From contig OY762937.1 in NCBI GenBank assembly GCA_963667005.1, positions 1,689,279-1,753,278 of the forward strand: a stretch of DNA of 64,000 nt, written 5' to 3'. Made by a program: the position numbers and the translations under genes. Positions 55,691-64,000 of the stretch are shown here, in pieces. The notes under the pieces were generated by a model. That model was not told where the DNA came from and did no database searches. It saw only the letters and a list, made by a program, of their open reading frames with translations. Origin of the DNA: Ignavibacteriaceae bacterium (GTDB taxonomy: Bacteria; Bacteroidota; Ignavibacteria; Ignavibacteriales; Ignavibacteriaceae). How positions within the stretch are numbered: the first letter of the stretch is position 1; each line of letters begins with the position of its first letter.

Positions 55691-55764
55691 GCCGCTGTAG
55701 CTCAGCTGGTTAGAGCGCTAGATTGTGGATCTAGAGGTCATTGGTTCGAGCCCAGTCAGCGGTA
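55691..55764 (+). tRNA. tRNA-His (anticodon GTG at 55725-55727)
   Basis: Manual cloverleaf:
- acceptor stem GCCGCTG/CAGCGGT
- D arm GCTC-AGCTGGTTA-GAGC
- anticodon arm CTAGA-TTGTGGA-TCTAG
- variable loop AGGTC
- T arm ATTGG-TTCGAGC-CCAGT
- discriminator A

No CCA is encoded. Confidence 0.85.
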
Positions 55765-55768
55765 CGAA

Positions 55769-55792
55769 AACCCGGTTTACGCCGGGTTTTTT
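55769..55792 (+). terminator. Rho-independent terminator after tRNA-His
   Basis: AACCCGG-tttacg-CCGGGTT followed by TTTT. Confidence 0.75.
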
Positions 55793-55804
55793 CGTTTAAA
55801 AATT

Positions 55805-55892
55805 ACCGCAGAGATCGCAAAGTTCGCAAAGGTTTTTAATAAACCACATATTATTTTCTAATTATCTTGGCGATCTTTGCGTTCTTTGCGGT
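55805..55892. repeat. CGCAAAG-unit inverted-pair element (second copy of the family)
   Basis: ACCGCAGAGATCGCAAAGTTCGCAAAGG (55805-55832) is inverted as CTTGGCGATCTTTGCGTTCTTTGCGGT (55866-55892). Confidence 0.5.
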
Positions 55893-56086
55893 ACGTTTTT
55901 GCTTTTGGTAACTATGAGGAAGCACTCGACTAATTTGATTGTGGTGTATGAATTGTGTTTGGACTTTCTAAATTGCGAAAAAAATTTCATTATATTATCA
56001 ATGTGCGTTTTTGATAGTGTAAATATTACACGTCAAATTCGGTAACCCTAATACATTGAAATGAATTTCAATCACGAGAATACATA

Positions 56087-57193
56087 TTGGAAAGCAATTT
56101 AATAAAACTAAACAGGCGCAAAGAGTTTTTCCGCATATATGCGATTCTCTTCGTGTTTGTGACAACTGTTGGCCTCTTATTAGGACTTCAGAACTATTAT
56201 TTTATTGTATCCAGATTCTACACGTTTAGTAACCAAATTGTATTTAATCTGTTATTTTGGTGGTTGTGGCTTCTTTTCTTCCCTATAATCTATTTCATAT
56301 CAAGGAAAATCAAAAAGACCGGTACTTTTTATTATTGGCTGGTATACGCGTTATCCATAATACTCATTATATTTTTGCATCAATTTCTCGGCGCTTGGAT
56401 TCGATATATACAGGATGTGGGCAGGGATTTCGGATTTATTTTCCTTCTGCGTACTATACGTAACCCGCGCATCTGGCTGGACATGGCGATATTTGTCGGT
56501 ATTGTTGTTGCGTTGGATGTCGAAAGATATCAGCAGGAGAAAAAACTGCAGGAGAAGAAGTTTAACGAACTGCAGAAGACCTTGCTTGAGTCCCAGTTGA
56601 ATGCATTAAAAAGCCAGTTACAGCCGCACTTTTTATTTAACACCCTCAATTCAATTACTACTCTTATTCTTGAGAGAGATAAAATTGAAGCCGACAGAAT
56701 GCTTGTATTGCTCAGGGAATACCTTAAACGGACAATGGAAGAAGGATCAAAGAATGAGCATACACTCAAGGAAGAAATGAATTTTATTCGTGACTACATT
56801 GAGATTGAAAAGGTCAGGTTTGGGGATAAACTTCAGTACGAAGAGGCCATTGAAACAGGCACAGAACTAATACCGGTCCCTGTGTTTTTGTTGCAGCCGT
56901 TGATAGAAAACGCGGTATATCATTCAGTGGCCAGAAAAGCTTCCGGCGGCCGGATAAGAGTATCCGGAATTAAAACGGACAGTACTTTGAGACTAGTTGT
57001 GGAAGACGATGGACCAGGCCTACTGCCGGCGGCCAAAAAAGAAGGCGGTATCGGCTTGCAAAATACGAAGATGCGACTTGTACAGCTTTACGGTGATGAT
57101 CAAAGTTTCAGCATGGACTCTTCAGATACAGGCGGTACGCGTATAGAAATTAGTATCCCGGTTGAAAACAATGATTTGGAGAAACCGGAATGA
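56087..57193 (+). CDS. LytS/YehU-type sensor histidine kinase
   Basis: 368 aa. The only in-frame start near the 5' end is TTG, so the start is uncertain. It has about 4-5 N-terminal TM helices, an H-box LQPHFLFNTLNSI, an N-box PLIENAVYHS, G1 VEDDGPGL and G2 GGIGLQNTKMRL. Confidence 0.8.
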   Translation: MESNLIKLNRRKEFFRIYAILFVFVTTVGLLLGLQNYYFIVSRFYTFSNQIVFNLLFWWLWLLFFPIIYFISRKIKKTGTFYYWLVYALSIILIIFLHQFLGAWIRYIQDVGRDFGFIFLLRTIRNPRIWLDMAIFVGIVVALDVERYQQEKKLQEKKFNELQKTLLESQLNALKSQLQPHFLFNTLNSITTLILERDKIEADRMLVLLREYLKRTMEEGSKNEHTLKEEMNFIRDYIEIEKVRFGDKLQYEEAIETGTELIPVPVFLLQPLIENAVYHSVARKASGGRIRVSGIKTDSTLRLVVEDDGPGLLPAAKKEGGIGLQNTKMRLVQLYGDDQSFSMDSSDTGGTRIEISIPVENNDLEKPE

Positions 57194-58215
57194 GACAAAA
57201 ATATTTTGTTCCTTTGTTGTGGATTTTAACAGTTGTCGGAATAATAAGCGGCCTTCAATCATTTTTCTTTATTTACCGGGGCGAAAAAAATATTTCTGAA
57301 TTTCTGCTCTCGCTTTTTATCAGCCTGGTATATAGCTGGTATTATCTTGGATTATCGGCATTTCTATATTATATAATTCCGTTACAGTTTCAGGAAAACT
57401 CTTCAAGATATGTGAAGCTATTTCACCTTCCGGCTTTATTTGTAAATGCTTTGTTGCACCAGTCACTGCTCGGTTTTATGCAAAATACATTATTAGGGGC
57501 TTCGGTTGATTTGAGCCCAAGTGGCATTTTATTAAAGACCACAAATGCCTGGATTGACGGCTTCGTTTATCTGATTTTTTTACTCGTTATGTATTCGCTT
57601 GAGTATAAGAAAAATGTACTTGAGCAGGCTATGAAAATCAGTGAAGCTCAAATGAATCTATCAAAATCGGTTTTGTCGGAAATGAGGAACAGACTGCATC
57701 CTGATTTCTTCTTTTATTCGTTGAATTCAATACAATCTGCAGTGCAACAGGACAAATTCAGAGAAGCCGATAAAATCATGTCCTCGCTCAGTACATTTCT
57801 TCGCGGCACGGTGTACGGAAGCCAGGATGTCGAGGTGGAATTACATGAAGAGTTAAGTTTACTTGAATCCTATCTTGAAACGCGAGCATTGTGTTCGGGC
57901 AGCCAGGGAGTATATTCAATATCGTGTCCGGTAGAACTAAAAGATGCTTTAATATTGAATAGACAGATTTTTTCACTGGCGGAAGATATTTTTCGGGATG
58001 ATTTGAAATTGATGATCAGGAATGACGGGGGCATCCTTGTGACGGAAATGACAGGGAAGGTCGCCTGTGATTATACAGCCACAATTACTCTTGTGAAAAA
58101 GTACTTGCAGGAGTATTACGGCAGCCGGAGTGATGTTGCTGCGGTTGAGAATGAAGGTGTATTAAGAATCGAGATGCGCCTCCCATTGAATTTTAAAAAT
58201 CAGCTGGGTGTTTGA
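57190..58215 (+). CDS. LytS-like kinase paralog with degenerate ATPase domain (putative pseudokinase/co-sensor)
   Basis: 341 aa with ATGA overlap with the upstream kinase. It has the same TM-plus-coiled-coil layout and a retained H-box-like LHPDFFFYSLNSI. No N-box Asn, no intact DxGxG and no GxGL are recognisable in the C-terminal ~120 aa. Confidence 0.65.
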   Translation: MRQKYFVPLLWILTVVGIISGLQSFFFIYRGEKNISEFLLSLFISLVYSWYYLGLSAFLYYIIPLQFQENSSRYVKLFHLPALFVNALLHQSLLGFMQNTLLGASVDLSPSGILLKTTNAWIDGFVYLIFLLVMYSLEYKKNVLEQAMKISEAQMNLSKSVLSEMRNRLHPDFFFYSLNSIQSAVQQDKFREADKIMSSLSTFLRGTVYGSQDVEVELHEELSLLESYLETRALCSGSQGVYSISCPVELKDALILNRQIFSLAEDIFRDDLKLMIRNDGGILVTEMTGKVACDYTATITLVKKYLQEYYGSRSDVAAVENEGVLRIEMRLPLNFKNQLGV

Positions 58216-58216
58216 T

Positions 58217-59005
58217 ATGATTACTAAAATCAGAGCGCTTATAATTGATGATGAAAAACTTGCACGCAACGGAATTGCGATCAGACTTCGCGCATTCCCG
58301 GAAGTTGAAATAATCGGGAAATGTGCATCCGGCAGAGAAGCTATTGGGCAGATTAATACACTCCACCCCGACCTGATCTTTCTTGATATTCAAATGCCGG
58401 AAGTGGATGGCTTTGAGGTTTTGGCAGAGATTGAGAAGGAATTCTTTCCGGTTGTGATATTTGTAACTGCTTTCGACAATTATGCACTGAAAGCTTTTGA
58501 GTGTCATGCACTTGGATATTTACTGAAACCGGTTACCGAAGAGAAATTTAATGAGGCGGTTAAGTCTGCAATCACGGAGGTTCAGAATCGCGATATTGTA
58601 ACCTACGCGAAAAGTTTGGAGAAATTCGTAAAATCCTATGCTGATGAAAAAACTCAAGCCAAGAGTAAAGCAGAATATCTTAACCGGATTATGATTAGAA
58701 ATAAAGAACAAATCTTGCTTGTTCCTGTTTCGGAAATTATATGGATTGAAGCAGCGGGAGATTACGTCTATATTCATACGACTGCACATAAACATCTATG
58801 CAGAGAAAAGCTCATTTCCTTAGAATCAAAACTCAATCCCGATGAATTCGCCCGCGTCCACCGTTCCAGCATCGTTAATATAAACATGATCGAGAGTCTT
58901 CGTCCAAACGACAGAGGAGATTACGAACTCTATCTGAAAAATAAGCAAACACTGAAACTGAGCAGGAACTACTGGAACAGGTTCCAGGAAATCATGGGAT
59001 ATTAA
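58217..59005 (+). CDS. LytTR-family response regulator
   Basis: The receiver domain has IRALIIDDE...DLIFLDIQMPEVDG. The C-terminal LytTR domain has ILLVPVSEIIWIEAAGDYVYIHT...RVHRSSIVN. The ATG at 58217 is preferred over the track's in-frame GTG at 58208. Confidence 0.85.
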   Translation: MITKIRALIIDDEKLARNGIAIRLRAFPEVEIIGKCASGREAIGQINTLHPDLIFLDIQMPEVDGFEVLAEIEKEFFPVVIFVTAFDNYALKAFECHALGYLLKPVTEEKFNEAVKSAITEVQNRDIVTYAKSLEKFVKSYADEKTQAKSKAEYLNRIMIRNKEQILLVPVSEIIWIEAAGDYVYIHTTAHKHLCREKLISLESKLNPDEFARVHRSSIVNINMIESLRPNDRGDYELYLKNKQTLKLSRNYWNRFQEIMGY

Positions 59006-59208
59006 AACGTAATAATCATGGGTCGCAACAACCCGGAAAATTTTCCTTTCTGGCGTGTCTAAACGCATCTAACCGAATATATATGCATATCAACGATTTC
59101 GAATGAAATATGTTGGGATTTTCCTGTAAGTTCAAAAGTGTAATACTGACACATTAGTCTAAGATTCCACTTTGAACCGGAAAATTTATCATTCTTTTGG
59201 AGACCATT

Positions 59209-62200
59209 ATGAAGAATAGATACAAAAACAAACATGCCTTGAAGTATAAGCTCCTCTCGGCAGCACTACTACTGTTTCTTGTGTTTACGGCATTTCGCCC
59301 GAATACTGGAGTAACGATATATTTAATTGGTGATTCTACAATGTGCGATTATGATACTACAAATAATAATCCACAACGCGGTTGGGGGCAGATGCTTAAG
59401 CAGTTCTTTAATTCAAATGCGACCGTGGTCAACTGGGCAGCAGGCGGCAGGAGCTCAAAATCATATTATAACGAGGCCGGTAAATGGGATTATGTTTTAA
59501 GCCATATCCAGGCAGGCGATTATCTATTTATTCAGTTTGCCCATAATGATGAAAAGGATCCGGTTTTATATCCTGACTATCATACCGATCCCGGGTCAAC
59601 CTATGATCAGTATCTTACAGCCTATGTCAATGAGGCAAGAGCCAAAGGTGCTATTCCGATTATCGTGACTCCAATCTGTCGTTTTTACTATGGCGGTGAC
59701 GGATTAATTACTGCATCAGGTCAGCATAATGTTTCTCCATATGGAGACTATCCAGCGGCTGCGCGCAATGTCGCAACAAATTTAAGTGTGCCATTGATTG
59801 ATTTAACTGTTAGTACTAAATCATTATATGAAGCCTACGGGCCAACAAACGGAGCACTTTTACATTTAACAACTGATAATACACATCCAAACGTACTTGG
59901 TGCAACGCTTATTGCACAACTGGCAGTGCAGGAGATGAAAAGTAAAAGTATTCTGACGGATTATCTGAATTCTTCTACCAATATCATTCTCAGTCCGACT
60001 TCATTGTCATTCGGTGATTTGACAATCAACCTTACAACCAGTGCTTCATCATTTTCTGTTTCCGGCTTTAGCTTAAGCCCATCAAGTGGAAATGTTGTTC
60101 TGACAGCTCCATCTAACTTTGAAGTTTCTACATCATCATCAAGTGGTTTCGGTAGCACTGTCAGCCTTGCGTACACAAACGGAACACTCTCGACCACAAC
60201 CGTGTTTGCACGGTTTAAGCCGACGGCTGTAAAAGTATACAACGATTCTATTACAGCAACGATTAATTCAACATTCCTTCAAAGTTTGAAGGTGTATGGA
60301 CAAGGAACTCCTGTTCCTACCGGGCTTACTTCAGCATCTGCAACCTGGTCGTTATTGAGCAACCAAACCGCCACTTCAGTCTCCGGCAGTCTTTCAGCTA
60401 CGAATCAAACACTTGGACCTTTATTAGCGGGTATTGCATACAACACTACATTTGGCACGGTGGCCGGCTGGCAGCGAGTTGCAACCACCTCATATCTGCC
60501 GACAACTTACAATTATAGGTCTTATGTTGACTATCAAATAACACCGCAGCCCGGTTATTATTTTATTCTTAATTCTGTTACTCTTAATGCACTGGGAGGA
60601 GGTTCGGGTAATGGCAAAATGGCTGCATATTATTCGACAACCGGATTCGCCGATTCTGCTGCATTAGGCACTGCAACGTATTATGCATCAACCTCACCAA
60701 GCAGTTATGCTGCGACCACGGCTACTCCTATATCAATGCTTAATTCGGGGTCTGCCTCGGCATCAGTACAGGGAAGTACTTCCTTTTCGCCCAATATAAC
60801 GGTAAAAGGTGGAACGACACTTACCGTGAGATTATATGCATGGTGTACATCTGCCAGTAAGTACTTAGCGAACCGCAATGTTACTCTTTCCGGAAACTCT
60901 GCTACGGCATCCCATCCGGCTCCACCAACAACATGTACGGTTACCGGAATATTGGCAACTTCTGCTACTTCGGGAGGTTCGGCAATTACCTCGGATAGCA
61001 ACAGCGTGATAATAGCAAAAGGTGTGTGTTGGAATCTTACCGGCAGTCCGACAATTGGTGACTCAAAGACCAATGATGGTACAGGAATGGGTGCCTACAC
61101 AAGTACTTTAACAGGCTTGAGTATGGGACTGACCTATTACGTCAGAGCCTACACGACCAACGCGGCAGGAACCTCTTATGGTAATGAGGTAAGTTTTACG
61201 ACATCATCATCAGCTACCGAACCATTGGTATCGACCGGCTCAGTGTCCAATATTGCACCTGACTCGGTAAGTGTAAGCGGTTCTATTAATAGCGATGGAG
61301 GAACCCCGTTACTGTATTCCGGTTTTTGCTGGAGCACGACAAACACAACGCCTACAATAAGTGATTCAAAAAATGATGTCGGCGTAAATACGGGTCCGAT
61401 TTCAAGCACGTTAAAAGGCCTTACTCCTAGTACAACATATTACATTCGTGCGTATGCTACTAATAACTCGAATTTAACGGGTTACGGTACTGTTGTTACA
61501 TTCACCACCGCGGGAGATTATTATAATGTATCCGGGGCAGATGTAACATCAGCCGGTAATTGGGGTATGAATACTGACGGAAGCGGCACGCATCCGGATT
61601 TTACAAAAGATAATCAAAGGTACCACCTGACAAATGCGACATCCGGCTATACACAGAATTGGACAGTTTCTGCCAACTCGAAAGTAATTTTGGGTAATGG
61701 TAGCGATTCAATTAGTTTCACCATTCCCGCAGCCTACTATTTGTCCGGCAGGATTGATTTGACAGCTAAAACTTTACTCATAGTCCAGAACTCGTCAAAT
61801 CTTGTTTTTGGTACAATTGATCCGGCGAGTACGGTTAATTATGACGGCAGCAATGCCTTGACAATTCTCGCAGGCAGCTATGGCAGCCTTGCAAGCACCA
61901 ATGATAGTGCTGCAACTCGTTCACTTGCAACAGGTACGATTTCCGTTAAGAAGACCTTTGCCAAAGGGCGGGCAGCATATACAACTCCATCCGCTGGAAC
62001 ATTTATCTTCAACGGCACCTCGGCTCAGGTTATACCTGGCATTTCATATTATAACTTACAATTAAATAATGCGTCAGGCGCAACGGTAAATGATTCATTG
62101 ATACTCGTCTCAGGTGGTACGCTTACGTTAACATCGGGACAATTGACTGTATACGGTGTTATTGATAATAAATCTTCGAACCCTCCTGTTACTACCGGTG

Positions 62201-64000
62201 TATTGCTCATGAAAACTGGCAGTAGTTACCGGATGAACGGAGCACCGTTCCCAAGTGCGACGTACGAAGCAAACTCAAATGTTTACGTCTTGAGCGGAAG
62301 CCCTTCATTAGTCTCGACAATCGGCGGAAACTTATATTGGAGTTCTACAGGGAGCGCGGGATTTAACATTACTCCGGTTACTATCGGTGGAAACTTTACC
62401 ATGTCGGCTGGTACATGGGCGCATGGTAATGGAGGAGTTGCCCGTACGGTAATTGTTCAGGGTAATATGTATTTCTCAGGTGGTACATACACAGTGGCGA
62501 ATACGTCTACAACCACTCCTACTACTCAGACTCTCACGGTTAATGGAGATCTGTATATTAGTGGAGGCACTATGTATGCTTCCAATAATAATGTCAGTGG
62601 AACAAACGGAACTATAAATATTGGCGGCAGCCTGTATCACACCGGAGGTATTCTCGGTAACGGCTCAAGCGTAACTTCCAATTACTCCGGCAAAATAGTT
62701 TTCAACGGAGCCTCGGCTCAGACTATTTCTACAACCGGGCTGACAAATTATCTTGACGTTAATATTAGTAATGCGGCTGGTGTATCTCTCGCTTCAGATC
62801 TTACAGTGAACTCAACGCTGACATTGTCAAGCGGAATATTGTCACTTGGAGATTATAATCTTATCATGAATTCTACCGCTTCGTATGGTGGAACACCATC
62901 ATCATCGAGTATGATCTATCAAAATGGAACCGGAAGAATAAGACAAGTATACGCAACTACGGGAAGTTATACTTTCCCGATCGGTGACGTTTCAGGTACC
63001 CCAGAATATGCCCCGGTGACCATAAATGTTTCAGCTGACGCTTATTCCAACGCTTATGTTTCGGTTTCCACGACAAGAGCAAAGCATCCGTCAAATAACA
63101 GCGCTTCTGATTACATAACGAGATACTGGACTGTAACTTCATCCGGATTTACCAATGGCGTTTACAGCGGCACCTTTACTTATCCGGCAGCAGATGTACA
63201 GGGTAATGAATCGGTTATCTTTGGCGCACATTATTATGGCGGCACATGGGAAAACGTCGGCGTGATTTCGAATCATGGATTCACCACTCCAAACCTTGTT
63301 ACACTTGGCGACTTCACTTGTGCGGATGGAACGGTTGTCCCAACTTCGCCGGTTATAACGGTTTCAAAATCGGGACTGGCTTTCGGAAGAGTAAACCGTA
63401 ATACAACATCAGCCGAGCAGTCATATAGTATTACAGGATATTACCTGACACCATCTGATGGCAATGTAACGATCACCGCACCTGCGAATTATCAGGTTTC
63501 ACTCACAAGCGGATCAGGATTCAACTCCTCATTAAATTTGGCATATACGGGAAGTAATTTAACTGCTACTACAATTTATGTTCGCTTTAATGCTCCCGAT
63601 GTGACGGCGGCAACCGCTTATAATGGTACTTTAACAAACGCCGGCGGCGGCGCAGTTCAGCAGAATATTGCACTTACGGCCATGAGTATTATCTCAAATG
63701 CCGACCTCGGTGTTAACATGGTAATTGCCGCGGACGGATCAGGAGACTACTCAACCTGGCAGGCAGCTGTTAATAACATACCAACATCGCATACAGGAAC
63801 CTACCTTGTATTCGTTCGCCCGGGATTCTATCACGAAAAAGTCACGATACCCGCAACTCTGAGTAATCTGAAATTTATCGGCGAAGACCGTGATTCGACT
63901 ATTCTTGATTACAATGATTATGTCGGCAGCAGCGGAACCTCAGGCAGTCCGGGCACAAATGCAGTTCAAACATTGCAGATTAATTCAAGTGATGTAACGT
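59209..64000 (+). CDS. Giant multidomain pectin-modifying protein, 3'-truncated by the window: CE12 acetylesterase ... CE8 pectinesterase [gene J]
   Basis: I translated this frame manually from ATG 59209 to the window end (1597 codons) and found no stop. It is missing from the track only because it has no stop. Domain order:
- signal anchor (LLSAALLLFLVFTA)
- SGNH/CE12 blocks (IYLIGDSTM, RGWGQ, DNTHPN)
- Ig-like module
- a domain related to the gene A/C/D N-domain
- two ~80-aa tandem repeats (CW..T..PTI.DSK...YY(V/I)RAY(T/A)TN)
- long G/T/S/N-rich beta-helix-like region
- Ig-like module
- MVIAADGSGDYSTWQAAVNNIP (CE8 opening) at 63718. Confidence 0.85.
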   Translation, partial: MKNRYKNKHALKYKLLSAALLLFLVFTAFRPNTGVTIYLIGDSTMCDYDTTNNNPQRGWGQMLKQFFNSNATVVNWAAGGRSSKSYYNEAGKWDYVLSHIQAGDYLFIQFAHNDEKDPVLYPDYHTDPGSTYDQYLTAYVNEARAKGAIPIIVTPICRFYYGGDGLITASGQHNVSPYGDYPAAARNVATNLSVPLIDLTVSTKSLYEAYGPTNGALLHLTTDNTHPNVLGATLIAQLAVQEMKSKSILTDYLNSSTNIILSPTSLSFGDLTINLTTSASSFSVSGFSLSPSSGNVVLTAPSNFEVSTSSSSGFGSTVSLAYTNGTLSTTTVFARFKPTAVKVYNDSITATINSTFLQSLKVYGQGTPVPTGLTSASATWSLLSNQTATSVSGSLSATNQTLGPLLAGIAYNTTFGTVAGWQRVATTSYLPTTYNYRSYVDYQITPQPGYYFILNSVTLNALGGGSGNGKMAAYYSTTGFADSAALGTATYYASTSPSSYAATTATPISMLNSGSASASVQGSTSFSPNITVKGGTTLTVRLYAWCTSASKYLANRNVTLSGNSATASHPAPPTTCTVTGILATSATSGGSAITSDSNSVIIAKGVCWNLTGSPTIGDSKTNDGTGMGAYTSTLTGLSMGLTYYVRAYTTNAAGTSYGNEVSFTTSSSATEPLVSTGSVSNIAPDSVSVSGSINSDGGTPLLYSGFCWSTTNTTPTISDSKNDVGVNTGPISSTLKGLTPSTTYYIRAYATNNSNLTGYGTVVTFTTAGDYYNVSGADVTSAGNWGMNTDGSGTHPDFTKDNQRYHLTNATSGYTQNWTVSANSKVILGNGSDSISFTIPAAYYLSGRIDLTAKTLLIVQNSSNLVFGTIDPASTVNYDGSNALTILAGSYGSLASTNDSAATRSLATGTISVKKTFAKGRAAYTTPSAGTFIFNGTSAQVIPGISYYNLQLNNASGATVNDSLILVSGGTLTLTSGQLTVYGVIDNKSSNPPVTTGVLLMKTGSSYRMNGAPFPSATYEANSNVYVLSGSPSLVSTIGGNLYWSSTGSAGFNITPVTIGGNFTMSAGTWAHGNGGVARTVIVQGNMYFSGGTYTVANTSTTTPTTQTLTVNGDLYISGGTMYASNNNVSGTNGTINIGGSLYHTGGILGNGSSVTSNYSGKIVFNGASAQTISTTGLTNYLDVNISNAAGVSLASDLTVNSTLTLSSGILSLGDYNLIMNSTASYGGTPSSSSMIYQNGTGRIRQVYATTGSYTFPIGDVSGTPEYAPVTINVSADAYSNAYVSVSTTRAKHPSNNSASDYITRYWTVTSSGFTNGVYSGTFTYPAADVQGNESVIFGAHYYGGTWENVGVISNHGFTTPNLVTLGDFTCADGTVVPTSPVITVSKSGLAFGRVNRNTTSAEQSYSITGYYLTPSDGNVTITAPANYQVSLTSGSGFNSSLNLAYTGSNLTATTIYVRFNAPDVTAATAYNGTLTNAGGGAVQQNIALTAMSIISNADLGVNMVIAADGSGDYSTWQAAVNNIPTSHTGTYLVFVRPGFYHEKVTIPATLSNLKFIGEDRDSTILDYNDYVGSSGTSGSPGTNAVQTLQINSSDVT

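Noticed and set aside
55691-56086. tRNA-His as an integration site for a genomic island carrying the kinase and esterase genes.
   Set aside because: No integrase, no excisionase and no direct repeat of the tRNA 3' end are visible downstream within the window. The only repeats nearby belong to the CGCAAAG family.

Overview
All calls come from reading the sequence and the ORF track by eye; no searches or computations were run.

The window is 64 kb of moderate-GC DNA from a bacterium with a type IX secretion system (T9SS). Twelve ORFs end in the T9SS C-terminal sorting tail (QNYPNPFNPST...G(I/L)YFY...KK(M/L)xLLK). These tails, the hrcA-grpE-dnaJ order and the hairpin-rich intergenic DNA suggest an Ignavibacteriota/Bacteroidota-like (FCB group) organism; this is inference only.

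Layout:
- **46-6766, minus strand:** Rrf2 regulator, polytopic membrane protein and NapH-like polyferredoxin; YihY; aguB-aguA (agmatine to putrescine); a MORN-variant repeat protein.
- **7413-10658:** a 1081-aa T9SS cargo protein of unknown function.
- **10959-17995:** housekeeping genes (rsmD, a PilM-like ORF, pta, serS, leuS).
- **18512-42051:** the main accessory feature, a run of same-strand, signal-peptide-bearing, T9SS-tailed pectin-active enzymes. It holds 2 PL1 lyases, 5 PL9-like beta-helix lyases, 1 divergent CE8 esterase, 1 GH105, 1 GH71/99-like hydrolase and 1 orphan sorting tail. The multidomain ones are built from shuffled non-catalytic modules, including an unassigned ~170-aa N-terminal domain.
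- **42060-55558:** housekeeping genes (AI-2E transporter, nfu, proS, fcl, comEA, dnaJ-grpE-hrcA, a protease/PD40/beta-barrel outer-membrane protein, rnr).
- **55691-55764:** tRNA-His(GTG) with a non-canonical acceptor end.
- **56087-59005:** a LytS-type kinase, a degenerate kinase paralog and a LytTR regulator.
- **59209 to beyond 64000:** an open-ended ORF of more than 1597 aa, absent from the ORF track because no stop lies in the window. It carries a CE12 acetylesterase at the N-terminus and a CE8 pectinesterase near the window edge.

Several intergenic regions hold families of hairpin-module, MITE-like repeats; two copies show compensatory stem substitutions. No CRISPR array, transposase, integrase, rRNA or recognisable defence system was seen.
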